Source: Octopus vulgaris
Taxonomy: Eukaryota
Assembly: GCA_951406725.2 (NCBI GenBank)
Contig: OX597818.1
Location: 77,004,001-77,068,000 of the forward strand
Direction: 5' to 3'
DNA length: 64,000 nt
Shown here: piece by piece, positions 25,471 through 35,915 of the stretch
Position numbering within the stretch: the stretch's first letter is position 1
How the letters are laid out: each line of letters opens with the position of its first letter
Notes under the pieces: model-generated
The model's database searches: none
Seen by the model: the letters and a program-made list of their open reading frames with translations, nothing else
What the model was told of the DNA's origin: nothing
Made by a program: the position numbers and the translations under genes

Positions 25471-25861
25471 TCATCATCATCTGCTGTTCTAAAGCATAGG
25501 GTAAAAAATTGGATGGAAGAAACTACAGCAGATTTAAACTAATATTTTATTGACGGTGGTACATAGTACCATGTTCAATAAAGGCCCAGGTGAGGTATAA
25601 GTGAGATGGATGGAATGCAATTTGGGTTTGTTGAAGATTACAGAACTGTAGAAGCTGGGCTTCTGGAGAGTTGAACTGCCTGGCAAAGAAATCATTTTTT
25701 ATCCCAGTCCAGAAATGACTGAAGAATTTTGAAATATGAGATAATGAGGTTAAGTTAAAAATTTTAAATATGAATACAGCCAAAGATAAAATGAATGCTT
25801 TGTGAATGAAACTGGGAAGTCTGTCATGCATGTGTATGTGGGTGGGAGTGTATTTACATAT

Positions 25862-26130
25862 TTATAGATATATATATATATAGAGAGAGAGATATGTGTA
25901 GATATATAGATATGTATAGATATATATATATATATAGATAGATATATATATATATGTATATGTGTAGATATAGATAGATATATGTATATTTGTAGATATA
26001 GATAGATATATGTATATTTGTAGATGTAAATATAGAGATATGTATATTTGTAGATGTAAATATAGAGATATGTATATTTGTAGATGTAGATAGAGATATG
26101 TATAGATTGGTAGATATATATGCATATATA
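25862..26130. repeat. Complex (TA)/(TAGA) microsatellite with 30-bp subrepeats
   Basis: TGTATATTTGTAGATGTAAATATAGAGATA units are repeated. The array abuts the RTE 3' tail. Confidence 0.9.
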
Positions 26131-29100
26131 TCATCATCATCATCGTTTAACGTCCGTTCTCCATGCTAGCATGGGTTGGACGGTTCGACCGGGGATCTGG
26201 GAAGCCAGAAGGCTGCACCAGGCTCCAGTCTTATCTGGCAATGTTTCTACAGCTGGATGCCCTTCCTAACGCCAACCACTCGGTGAGTGTAGTGGGTGCT
26301 TTTTACGTGCCAGGCGAGGCTGGCAACGGCCACGGTCGGATTGGTGTATTTTATGTGCCACCGGCACGGAAGCCAGTCAAGGCGGCGCTGGCATCGGCCA
26401 CAAGTCGGATAGTGCTTTTTACGTACCACCAGACCAGGGATCCTGGCTGGTTCAATTCGATTTCGATTGCCCCAACATGTCTTCGCAAGCAAAGGGGGTT
26501 GGCATGGGTGCCTGTCGTACGGTTGGATTGGTGTATTTTACGTGCCACCGGCACGGAAGCCAGTGGAGGCGGCGCTGGCATTGGCCACGAGTCGGATAGT
26601 GCTTTTTACGTACCACCAGACCAGGGATCCTGGCTGGTTCAGTTCGATTTCGATTTCGCTTTCGCTTGCCCCAACATGTCTTCGCAAGCAAAGGGGGTTT
26701 GCATGGGTGCCTGTCATCGGATGAGGTTCTATATCGACTTCGCTTGCCTCAACAGGTCTTTGTGTCCAAGGGAGGAAAGGCATTCATAAGTGGGCTGGGC
26801 TCACTTGTCCTGCCTGGTCTTCTCACGTACAGCATATTTCCAAAGGTCTCAGTCGCTGGTCATTTCCTCAGTGAGGCCTAAAGTTTGAAGGTCGTGCTTC
26901 ACCACCTCGTCCCAGGTTTTTCTGGGTCTACCTCTTCCACGGGTTCCCTCAACTGCTAGGGATTGGCACTTTTTCACACACCTATCTTCATCCATTCTCG
27001 CCACATGACCATATCAGCGCAATCGTCTCTCTTGCACACCACAACTGATGCTCCTTAGGTCCAACATTTCTCTCAGGGTACTAACACTCTGTCGAGCATG
27101 CACACTGACATTACACATCCATCGGAGCATACTGGCTTCATTTCTCGCGAGCTTACGCATGTCCTCAGCAGTCACGGCCCATGTTTCACTGCCATGTAGC
27201 ATGGCTGTTCGTACACATGCATCATACAGTCTGCCTTTTACTCTGAGCGAGAGGCCTTTAGTCACCAACAGAGGTAAGAGCTCCCTAAACTTTGCCCAGG
27301 CTATTCTTACTCTAGCCGTTACACTTTCAGCACACCCACCCCCACTACTGACTTGGTCACCAAGATAACGGAAGCTATCAACTACTTCTAGTTTTTCCCC
27401 CTGGAAAGTGACGGAAGTTGTTTTCTGCAGATTTTCAGCGGTTAATGCTCCCGAGCATCTGCCACATACAAAAACCATCTTCCTAGTTAGCCTTCCTATG
27501 ACATTGCTGCACCTCTTATGTGTCCATAGCTTACACTTGGTGCATCTTATAGAGTTTCTACCTACACCTTTTCTACAGATCGAGCAGGGCCATCTACCTG
27601 AAGGCGTTTGTGATTTGTCTACCTTCCTACTTATTACGACTTTGGTTTTAGCTAGATTGACTCTAAGGCCCTTCGATTCTAAACCTTGCTTCCACACCTG
27701 AAACTTCTTCTCCAGTTCTGATAGTGACTCAGCAATTAGAGCAAGGTCATCAGCATAGAGGAGCTCCCAGGGGCATCCTGTCTTGAATTCCTCCGTTATT
27801 GCCTGGAGGACTATGATAAATAGGAGGGGGATGAGGACTGAGCCTTGGTGGACATCTACCTCTACCCGGAATTCTTCACTGTACTCGTTGCCAACCCTCA
27901 CCTTACTAGCAGCGTCCCTGTACATGGCTTGCACAGCTCTCACTAACCATTCATCTATTCCTAGTTTCCTCATTGACCACCAGATGAGGGATCGGGGGAC
28001 CCTGTTGAAGGCTTTCTCCATGTCAACAAAAGCCAGGTACAGGGGCTTATCTTTGGCTAGGTATTTCTCCTGCAGCTGCCTTACCAGGAATATAGCATCG
28101 GTGGTACTTTTCCCTGGCACGAACCCAAACTGCATCTCATCTAAACTAACTCTCTCTCTAATTAGTTGGCTTATGACCCTCTCTGTAACTTTCATCACCT
28201 GATCCAACAGCTTGATACCTCTGTAATTATTTGTATCTAGGGCATCACCTTTACCCTTGTAGCAGTTGACTATTATGCTGCTACACCAGTCATTGGGTAT
28301 GACTCCTTCATGTATCACCTGATTAACTATACGGGTGACTAGGCTATAGCCGACAATACCAGATATTTTGAGCATCTCTGCAGTGATACCTGATGGGCCT
28401 GGGGCTTTCCCTGTCTTCATGCTTCTAATTGCCTTAGCTACCAAGGAACTATCAACCCTGATAGCTGGTCCCTCTGTTGGGTCAACGTTCGGCAGACTCT
28501 CTTTATCCCATTCATTTTCTTTATTCAGTAACCTTTCATAGTGGCGTCTCCAAGCCTCTCTCTTTGCATCCTCGTTTAGCGCAAGTGAACCATCTTCCAT
28601 GCGAACACACTTCTCTCCTACCACATCACAATTCTCTCTCGCACACTGTCTTGCAACGCGAAACACCTCCAGTCTTTGGTCCTCACGGCGCAGAACATTG
28701 GCAAATTTTTTCTTATCTGCTTCCCCTCTGGCTAGATAGACCTGTCTCCTAGCTTCCCTTTTAGCAGTCTGATACAATTCCCTGCTACCACCATTCTTCC
28801 AGTGCTTCCAAGTCTGTCTCTTTTCTCTAATAGCCCTGTCTACAACACTGTTCCACCACCACATTACCTTGGGACGAGAGGGGACTTTGCACCAGCCACA
28901 GATCTGGTCAGTGGCTCTCAGCAGGTTGTCCCTTAGAAACATCCAGTTGCCCTCTACCCCATGTGATACTCTATCCCCTTCTACTTCGTCAAAGGCTTCA
29001 AGTAGCATGTCTCTAAATCTCTGTCCATTCGCAGGATCTTTAAGCTTCCAGATCCTTCTTCTCCATCTTGGTCTTCTTCTGGTTGTCCTCCTAGTCCTGA

Positions 29101-30810
29101 TCCTAAAGTCACTAACTACCAGTCTATGTTGTGGGGTACATTCTTCGCCTGGGAAGGTTTTGGCATTTATAAGTAGCCATCTCTCCCTTTGCCTGGCAAG
29201 GATGTAGTCAATTTGGCTGGAATGTTGGCCCGATCGGTAGGTGACTAGGTGGCTGGTAGGTTTCCTGAAGTTAGTGTTGCAAATCATAAGATTATTTGCA
29301 TCGCAGAACTCCAGCAGCCTGGTTCCCTCCTCGTTGCGGGAACCAAAGCCATAGCCTCCATGTACGCCATGGAAGCCCCCAGCACGTCGTCCAACGTGAC
29401 CATTGAAGTCACCAGCCACAAAGAGAAGGTCTCTGTCGTTCGTCAACGAGGTAGTCTGCAGTAGAGTGTCATAGAATCGGTCTTTCTGTCCATCAGTTAG
29501 CCCCGACTGAGGAGCATAGGCTGATATAATGGTTGCTAAACTATGATGAAGCGCTAATCTAATCTTAAGTATTCTGTTGCATACTCTGATTACCTCAATT
29601 ACTTTATCTACCCATTTCTCAGCGATAAGTATACCCACGCCACCAACCCCATCAGTGTTCCCTGCCCAGAAAATCTTGTACCTGTGTTCCTTGCCTGTGA
29701 GGAACCTAGCAGAACCTCCTCTCCACCTTACTTCTTGCATGCAACATATATCCACACATCTCCGTTCAAGCATCTCGAATATCTCGCCAGACCTACCTTT
29801 CAGTGTGCCAACGTTGAGGGTGCCAACCCTGAGGGTGTGGGAGGTATGGGCCCTAGAGACCCTGCGTCGGTGGATAGTAGCTTCATGTACTTGAAAAGAA
29901 AGCTCGCATTTGGCAGAATTCATGAGCAAGTAATACAGTAGCCTTCAATTCAACCTGCATAACACTACCCATTCATATTTTGCACTGTATGATCATTACC
30001 TTACATAGGTCGAAACTAGGGGTAGGGATGGTGAAAGAGCATTTGCAGTCTTCAAGGGAAGCAACCCAGGGATGGAGAGGAATAGGAACTTCCGGCATGT
30101 GTGGAGGGGGTGGGTGGGCGGGTCAACCCCAAACTAGCAAAATCGTGAGAGCAAGAAAGTAGGTTTGAAAAATATCTGAGAAAGTCAAATGGCTATGAAA
30201 CGGGAGCAAATAGGGAGACAAGACTAAGCAAAAAACATTACATGAATGGTATGTTGAAAACTGAAAGAAAATATGAAGAGAGGGTACTGAAAGGATAATA
30301 TGAGAGAAAAATTGAAGAATAATGAAAGAATAGTGATTATACGTGCAAAGGGTAGGAGAAAGCGAGGTTGAAAGAAATCTTAGCTTTAGCCGTTCATGAG
30401 CTGTGCGTTCGTAGTGGAGTTGAAAGCGAGTGGGGTTACCGATTTGCGATCGCTAGTTTATATATGGCGATGGTAGTTATCGAAGACGGGGACATATAGA
30501 AACATAGGGAGAGGGACAGGGTTAGTTAGGGAGGAGGGGGGGAAGAAGTGGTCAAGGAACACATGGGCGGAAGCTGTGCGATGGGTTTTGACTAGCATAG
30601 TGGAACGAGACGAGTGTCGATAATATTTATTATTTGATAATTAAGATAGGCTTGGAGAGAAAAAGGTAAAATCTGAGTTCGTCAGGAAGTCTTAACTGGA
30701 CCCCAAACTAGCAAGATGATTCTGTTAATCGTGAGAGCAAGAAAGTAGGTTTGAAAAATATCTGAGAAAGTCAAATTTTAGGGGAAACGATAGGTGGCTA
30801 TGAAACGGGA

Positions 30811-30814
<4 letters not shown>
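26131..30814 (-). mobile_element. Full-length RTE-clade LINE (~4.7 kb)
   Basis: ~0.9-kb 5'UTR, single EN-RT ORF, repeat-rich 3'UTR and (GAT)n tail. (TA)n flanks both ends. Confidence 0.95.
27014..29929 (-). CDS. RTE ORF: APE endonuclease + reverse transcriptase + PHD-like finger (971 aa, prematurely stopped)
   Basis: EN motifs TLNV, QEVRW, SAYAP, GDFNGH, QIDY; RT motifs GKAPGPSG, NYRGIKLL, QFGF, FVDMEKAF, QGSVL, YADD, FRYLG. The reading continues as YGHV...GRGRPRKTW after the TGA. Confidence 0.95.
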   Translation of the reverse strand: MLMNSAKCELSFQVHEATIHRRRVSRAHTSHTLRVGTLNVGTLKGRSGEIFEMLERRCVDICCMQEVRWRGGSARFLTGKEHRYKIFWAGNTDGVGGVGILIAEKWVDKVIEVIRVCNRILKIRLALHHSLATIISAYAPQSGLTDGQKDRFYDTLLQTTSLTNDRDLLFVAGDFNGHVGRRAGGFHGVHGGYGFGSRNEEGTRLLEFCDANNLMICNTNFRKPTSHLVTYRSGQHSSQIDYILARQRERWLLINAKTFPGEECTPQHRLVVSDFRIRTRRTTRRRPRWRRRIWKLKDPANGQRFRDMLLEAFDEVEGDRVSHGVEGNWMFLRDNLLRATDQICGWCKVPSRPKVMWWWNSVVDRAIREKRQTWKHWKNGGSRELYQTAKREARRQVYLARGEADKKKFANVLRREDQRLEVFRVARQCARENCDVVGEKCVRMEDGSLALNEDAKREAWRRHYERLLNKENEWDKESLPNVDPTEGPAIRVDSSLVAKAIRSMKTGKAPGPSGITAEMLKISGIVGYSLVTRIVNQVIHEGVIPNDWCSSIIVNCYKGKGDALDTNNYRGIKLLDQVMKVTERVISQLIRERVSLDEMQFGFVPGKSTTDAIFLVRQLQEKYLAKDKPLYLAFVDMEKAFNRVPRSLIWWSMRKLGIDEWLVRAVQAMYRDAASKVRVGNEYSEEFRVEVDVHQGSVLIPLLFIIVLQAITEEFKTGCPWELLYADDLALIAESLSELEKKFQVWKQGLESKGLRVNLAKTKVVISRKVDKSQTPSGRWPCSICRKGVGRNSIRCTKCKLWTHKRCSNVIGRLTRKMVFVCGRCSGALTAENLQKTTSVTFQGEKLEVVDSFRYLGDQVSSGGGCAESVTARVRIAWAKFRELLPLLVTKGLSLRVKGRLYDACVRTAMLHGSETWAVTAEDMRKLARNEASMLRWMCNVSVHARQSVSTLREMLDLRSISCGVQERRLR

Positions 30815-30842
<28 letters not shown>

Positions 30843-30899
30843 ACGGAGATGTACTTGCATAGCAAGTGACCTGATCTGAGATCGTGTGCTGGAACGAAA

Positions 30900-31181
30900 A
30901 CAATTGCAGCGTGGAAGGTGTTTATAAGCCATTTAAGAAACACACAAAAAACGTTAGATTCACTTCAGCATTTAAATTTAATTTGTCAAAATATTTTTGT
31001 CGCTTTGAGACTGAGACCTGTTCACTGTCAAAATTCCATGCTGCAGCACGGAATTTTGTCAGTGAACAGGTCTCGGTCTCAAAGCGACAAGTATTTTGAC
31101 AAATTAAATTTAAATGCTGAAGTGAATCTAACGTTTTTTGTGTGTTTCTTAAATGGCTTATAAACACCTTCCATGCTGCAA

Positions 31182-31185
<4 letters not shown>
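30900..31185. repeat. Near-perfect ~286-bp palindrome with no spacer
   Basis: Centre GCTG|CAGC at 31043/31044. The mirror ORFs 30918+ and 31167- translate almost identically. An unpaired stub lies at 30841-30899. Confidence 0.95.
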
Positions 31186-31215
<30 letters not shown>

Positions 31216-31237
31216 GTGTGTATATATATATATATAT

Positions 31238-31880
31238 AATCATTGTTTAATGTCTGTTTTCCACGCTGGTATGGGTTGGACGATTTGACTGAGGTCTGGA
31301 GATCCAGCGGCTGCACCATGCTCCAATCTGATCTGGCAATGTTTCTACAGCTGGATTCCCTTCCTAATGCCAACCACTCTGAGAGTGTAGTGGGTGCTTT
31401 TTACATGCCACCAGCACAGGAGCCGTTCAAGTGGGCCTGGTATCGATCATGTTTGGATGGTGCTTTTTACATGCCACCAGCACAGGGGTCAGTCAGGGGG
31501 TATTGGCATTGGCCATGTACGGATGGTACTTTCTGTGTGCCACCGGCATGACCCAGTCAGAAGGTACTGGCATTGGCCATGTTTGATTTGTGCTTTTTAC
31601 GTGCCACCGGCATGGGAGCCAGTCAGGTGGACGTGGCATCAACCACGTTCGGATGGTGCTTTTTACGTGCCACCGGCACAGAAGCCAGTCAGGGGGAACT
31701 GGCCACAGCTACGATATTAGTTTTATTTGACTCAACAGGTCTTCTCACACATATATCACCTGACGCATAGGGTATTCTTAACAGGGCCAGACATGCGTGG
31801 CTGTGATCTCACTTTAGTTGCCGGGTCTTCTCAATCACAGTATATCTCCAAAGGTCTCAGTCTCCTGTCATTTGCTGTAC
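31238..31880 (-). mobile_element. RTE 3' tail with ~60-bp tandem units
   Basis: RTE tail plus about five GGTGCTTTTTAC.TGCCACC.GCAC...CAGTCAGG...CTGGC units. Confidence 0.85.
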
Positions 31881-32787
31881 CTAAGAAACTATAATATCAT
31901 GTATGGATTAACACTAATAACTTTTAAAACCTATACTCTACTTCTTAGTTTGTAATTAGTATAAAAAATTAGCATGTCCTATAACATCAATATTCCTTTA
32001 GCTAATACCAGGTATCGGTATTTATTGATACAAGCTAAATAAGTTAATAAACATTTTTTAGTTTATAATACTTAAATTATTATACATTTTCTATAAATCT
32101 TCTCTATTGATGTTAATAAGGTATATATACTTTATCATGGTTTTAGTGATTAAGCTATTTTATTCCTTTTCTACGGTGTTCTACCCTACCTGATCATTTT
32201 ATAATAGCCTTTATAAAATAAATCTAATTTTTGTACCCTTATAAATTCATACTTAGCTTATATAAAACAATACCTGTATCTTCACAGCTTAAAATAAACT
32301 GATTAGATTATAATTTAATTTATATATAGTTAACAGCCTTGTGAGTGGATTTGGTAAGTGGAAACTGAAAGAGTCCTCCCCCAACAACCACAGCTTGACA
32401 ACTGGTGTTCTTGTGTTTACATCTCCATGACTTAGCAGTTTGGTAAAAGACACCAATAGAATAAGTACTAGGCTTAAAAAACAAAAAAAGTCCTGGGGTC
32501 AACTTGTTCAACTAAAGCCTTCAAGGCATTGCCCTAGCATGGCTGCAGTCAAATGACTGAATCAAGTAAAAGATATGTTCTTCTCTTTATGTGGTTATTC
32601 AGCCTTCTAGAAGTAACAACAAAATCTCCTTCAAATTACACCCCATCATTGTAAAAATGGCGCAGCATATTAGACAATGTAGTTCTAGATCCCTTCAAAG
32701 AGATGGTCATAGTTAGAATATCTTTGGTTGTTGGTCAGTTTGATCAGGGCTGACCTGGTGTTAAATATCAACAATAATCTCTCTTAA

Positions 32788-33007
32788 CCCTTCAGTGTTC
32801 AGATAACTCTGTCAAATGTAAATCTTTTATATTCACATTGTTTTGAATTAATCATGCATTCTCTTATAGTTTTGAGGGTTCAGTTATTTGATTGGTTATT
32901 TTTAGAATGTCAGTGTAGGTTAGGTGTGAGAGGCTAGATATGACCAGTTTGAATAGAAAATATGTAGAATATTTAGGCCGGATATGGCTGGTTTAAATGT
33001 TAAAGGG
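32788..33007. mobile_element. piggyBac-type MITE
   Basis: TTAA|CCCTTCAGTGTT ... AATGTTAAAGGG|TTAA. A second copy in the opposite orientation lies at 44860-45075. Confidence 0.8.
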
Positions 33008-34967
33008 TTAAATTGTCATGATTTTCTTCTTGCCTTTTAAAGTTATCATCAACATTTTGATATCTTTTTTTCTATGTTTACATGGATTAGATGAGATTAT
33101 GTTGAGGCAGAATGTTTTACAGCCCAAGGGCCTTTCATGTTGCCAATCCTAACGCATGCATACAATAAGCTTCTTCAGTTTCTAGGTATCAATGTCACTC
33201 TCAAGGTATTGGTTGACTGATGGCTCTAGTGTAGGATACCAGCCAACAATGTCTACTCAGTAGGACCGAATTCTGAACCATATGATTCTGAAGCATATCC
33301 AGGAAATCTTGTTTCACCACGGTGCACAAAATAGAACTATTATCCATTAGATTTAATTTCGTTTATTATCATTATATAATTACTTCTGTTTCTTTCCTAT
33401 TATGTTATTTCAATAATACTTTGAACTTAACAATCATTTTATTTATTAATTTGCTATGATAAAGCTTTCATACAATGTTTTTATAATTAATTCAAGCAAA
33501 ATTTTTGCTTTTGCAATGGCTTTAACAATTTAATTCAGATATTGTTTTTGTTTTGTAATAAATCTCTTTATACATTGAATACTAATGCAAATATAATTTA
33601 CTCATTGTTTTTAAAGGCAAAATATATACAGAAGCAAATATTCATTAATAGTCAGTTGATATATTAACTGTTTTTAGAAAACTATTTTACTAATGCAATC
33701 AGTTAGTCAATTGTAGCAGGGATTGTGTGTGTGGGTGGGTGGTGGTGCAGTTGATCTTCTAACTGAACCAAGGAAGCTGTTTCCATTGACTTCTTTTAAA
33801 ATTGCTGATATTATAAGTGTGGCTGTGTGGTTAGATGTTTACTTTGCAACCACAAAGTTTTTGGTTTTGTCCTGCTGCATAGCACCTTGGGCAAGTACCT
33901 TCAACAATAGTCCCAGGTTTATCAAAACCTTGTCAGTGGATCTGGCAGATGGAAACTGTAAGACGCATGTCATATATATATATATATACATACATACACA
34001 CACACACAGGTGCGTGTGTGTGTGTTGCATGTGTGTACTGCTCCTACTGTCTCTTTGCCTTGATATCACATTATAATGGTAAAACAGTTTTTCCATCGTG
34101 TAAGTAGTGACCTTTGTTTCCAATCTTCCAAAACATGTCTTATTTGAAAACAGGTGAGAGTTGGTAACAGGAAGGGTATTCAGCAGTAGAAAATCTGCTT
34201 AAAATTTCGTCAGACCCATGGGAAAGTGGATGTTTAAAAATTTTAATGATGATGATATTTCTTGGTCACAACTCCTGAGAGTAGCATTACTGTTTTCACC
34301 GATGCAACAAAACTTTCATTCAGAATACACCAACAAATACCATAAGGCATCCTATTCAGGGCTGTAACAATTCCATTAGTTCACATCTGAGCCATCAGTG
34401 CAGGTTATTTGGAAAAGAGCAGAAATCTTTTTTTTTTTTTTGTCACCATAATTCTATTCAAATACAGACTTTGTTTCAGATAGTTTTGAAAATAATGAAG
34501 AATGTACTAAAGTAACTTTGTTGCTGTAAAACTGGTGTTTAGAACATAAATTAGCATGAAATTATAATGGAAGGTTTTAATTAAGATCATTTTAAAACAA
34601 TGGGGTTTGTATCATCAAACCAGGCTAAATAGCAGCCTACCATCTCCTTCAAAGCACTGGATGTTAAAACACCTGAAAGTCATTCATATGCATTGTTGGG
34701 ACATACCAGCAAATGGTTTTTACACTATTTTACATATTGTCATGAATTGGCGATTCAGTTTGCACCCAGTTCAGTTCAGGTATATGATGTTAATAAGCCA
34801 CAAAAGTGGCAAAACATTGGTGTCCATCACTCTTGCATGTGATTTGGAGTGAGTTGTCTTACTAGTCAATGAGTTTCAGGTGTTTTAACATTTGGAGCTT
34901 TGAGAGTCGTCACCACCATGCTAAAGCACAGTCTACTGGCAAACAATGCCATGTGCATACACTGAGT

Positions 34968-35335
34968 ATGTTGCTTCCCAGCCACATGATGCTGGGTTCA
35001 GTCCCACTGTGTGGCACCTTGAGCAAGTGTTTTCTACTATAGCCTTGGGCCAACCAAAGTCTTGTGAGTGGACTTGGTGAACGGAAACTGAAAGAGCCCA
35101 TCGTATATATGTATCTATGTGAGTGTGTCTTTGTGTTTATCCCCACCATCACCACTTGACAACTGACATTAGTATCTTTATGTTCCCATAACTTAGCGGT
35201 TCAGCAAAAGAGATTGATAGAATAAGTACCAGGCTTAAGAAATAAGTCCTGGGGTTAATTTATTTGACTAAAACCCCTCCAACAGTGCTCCAGCATGACT
35301 GCAATCAAATAACTGAAACAAATAAAAGAATAAAA
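34968..35335 (+). mobile_element. tRNA-derived SINE copy
   Basis: GGGTTCAGTCCCACTG B-box region and the shared body and tail. Confidence 0.8.
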
Positions 35336-35871
35336 GGATGTCATCATCATCATCATCATCATTGTTTAATGTCCATGTTTCATGCTGGCATGGATTGGAT
35401 GGTTTGATTGGATCCAATGGGTTCAGTAAATGTATTGTGTTGCAGTGTCTGCTTTGACATCATTTCTGTGACATTTTGTAAAAGTTAATCAAGGTATATA
35501 AACAAGATACCTTGTTTGGAGGAGGCTATTTTGCTGCTCCATAGAATTAGAAGTTGGAAAATTGTGTTCTATCATAGTGTCTGTTGGAGACAGAGAGGGA
35601 TACATTGGCAGTAACATAAAAATATTCTCTTCAATCTGCAGAAGAAAGAAATTGCTAGTATTAGATTGTCAATGTAGTAATTGAAGGTTAAGGTTTAGAA
35701 GCTGACACAAATCATTCTAGAATATTCAAACACTGTCTTTATGCCAACTAGTTCAGAATATGAGAAGTTTTGTCAAGTGGCCAAGAGGAGTTTGTTTCTA
35801 ACGTTTTGTGATATGAAAGAGCTTAATAATATAATCCAGAAGACTAAACTGAATAATTAGATAAAAGCTTA

Positions 35872-35915
<44 letters not shown>

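Noticed and set aside
26163-26789. 208-aa plus-strand ORF and overlapping ORFs
   Set aside because: They are antisense to the GC-rich, tandemly repeated RTE 3'UTR and have no recognisable domain.
30918-31167. Mirror-image 81-aa ORFs on both strands
   Set aside because: They are a trivial consequence of the palindrome and show no protein features.
31880-32320. Possible mitochondrial insertion (AT-rich, mt-like composition)
   Set aside because: No mitochondrial gene or rRNA motif could be identified by eye. A BLAST against the mitogenome would be needed.
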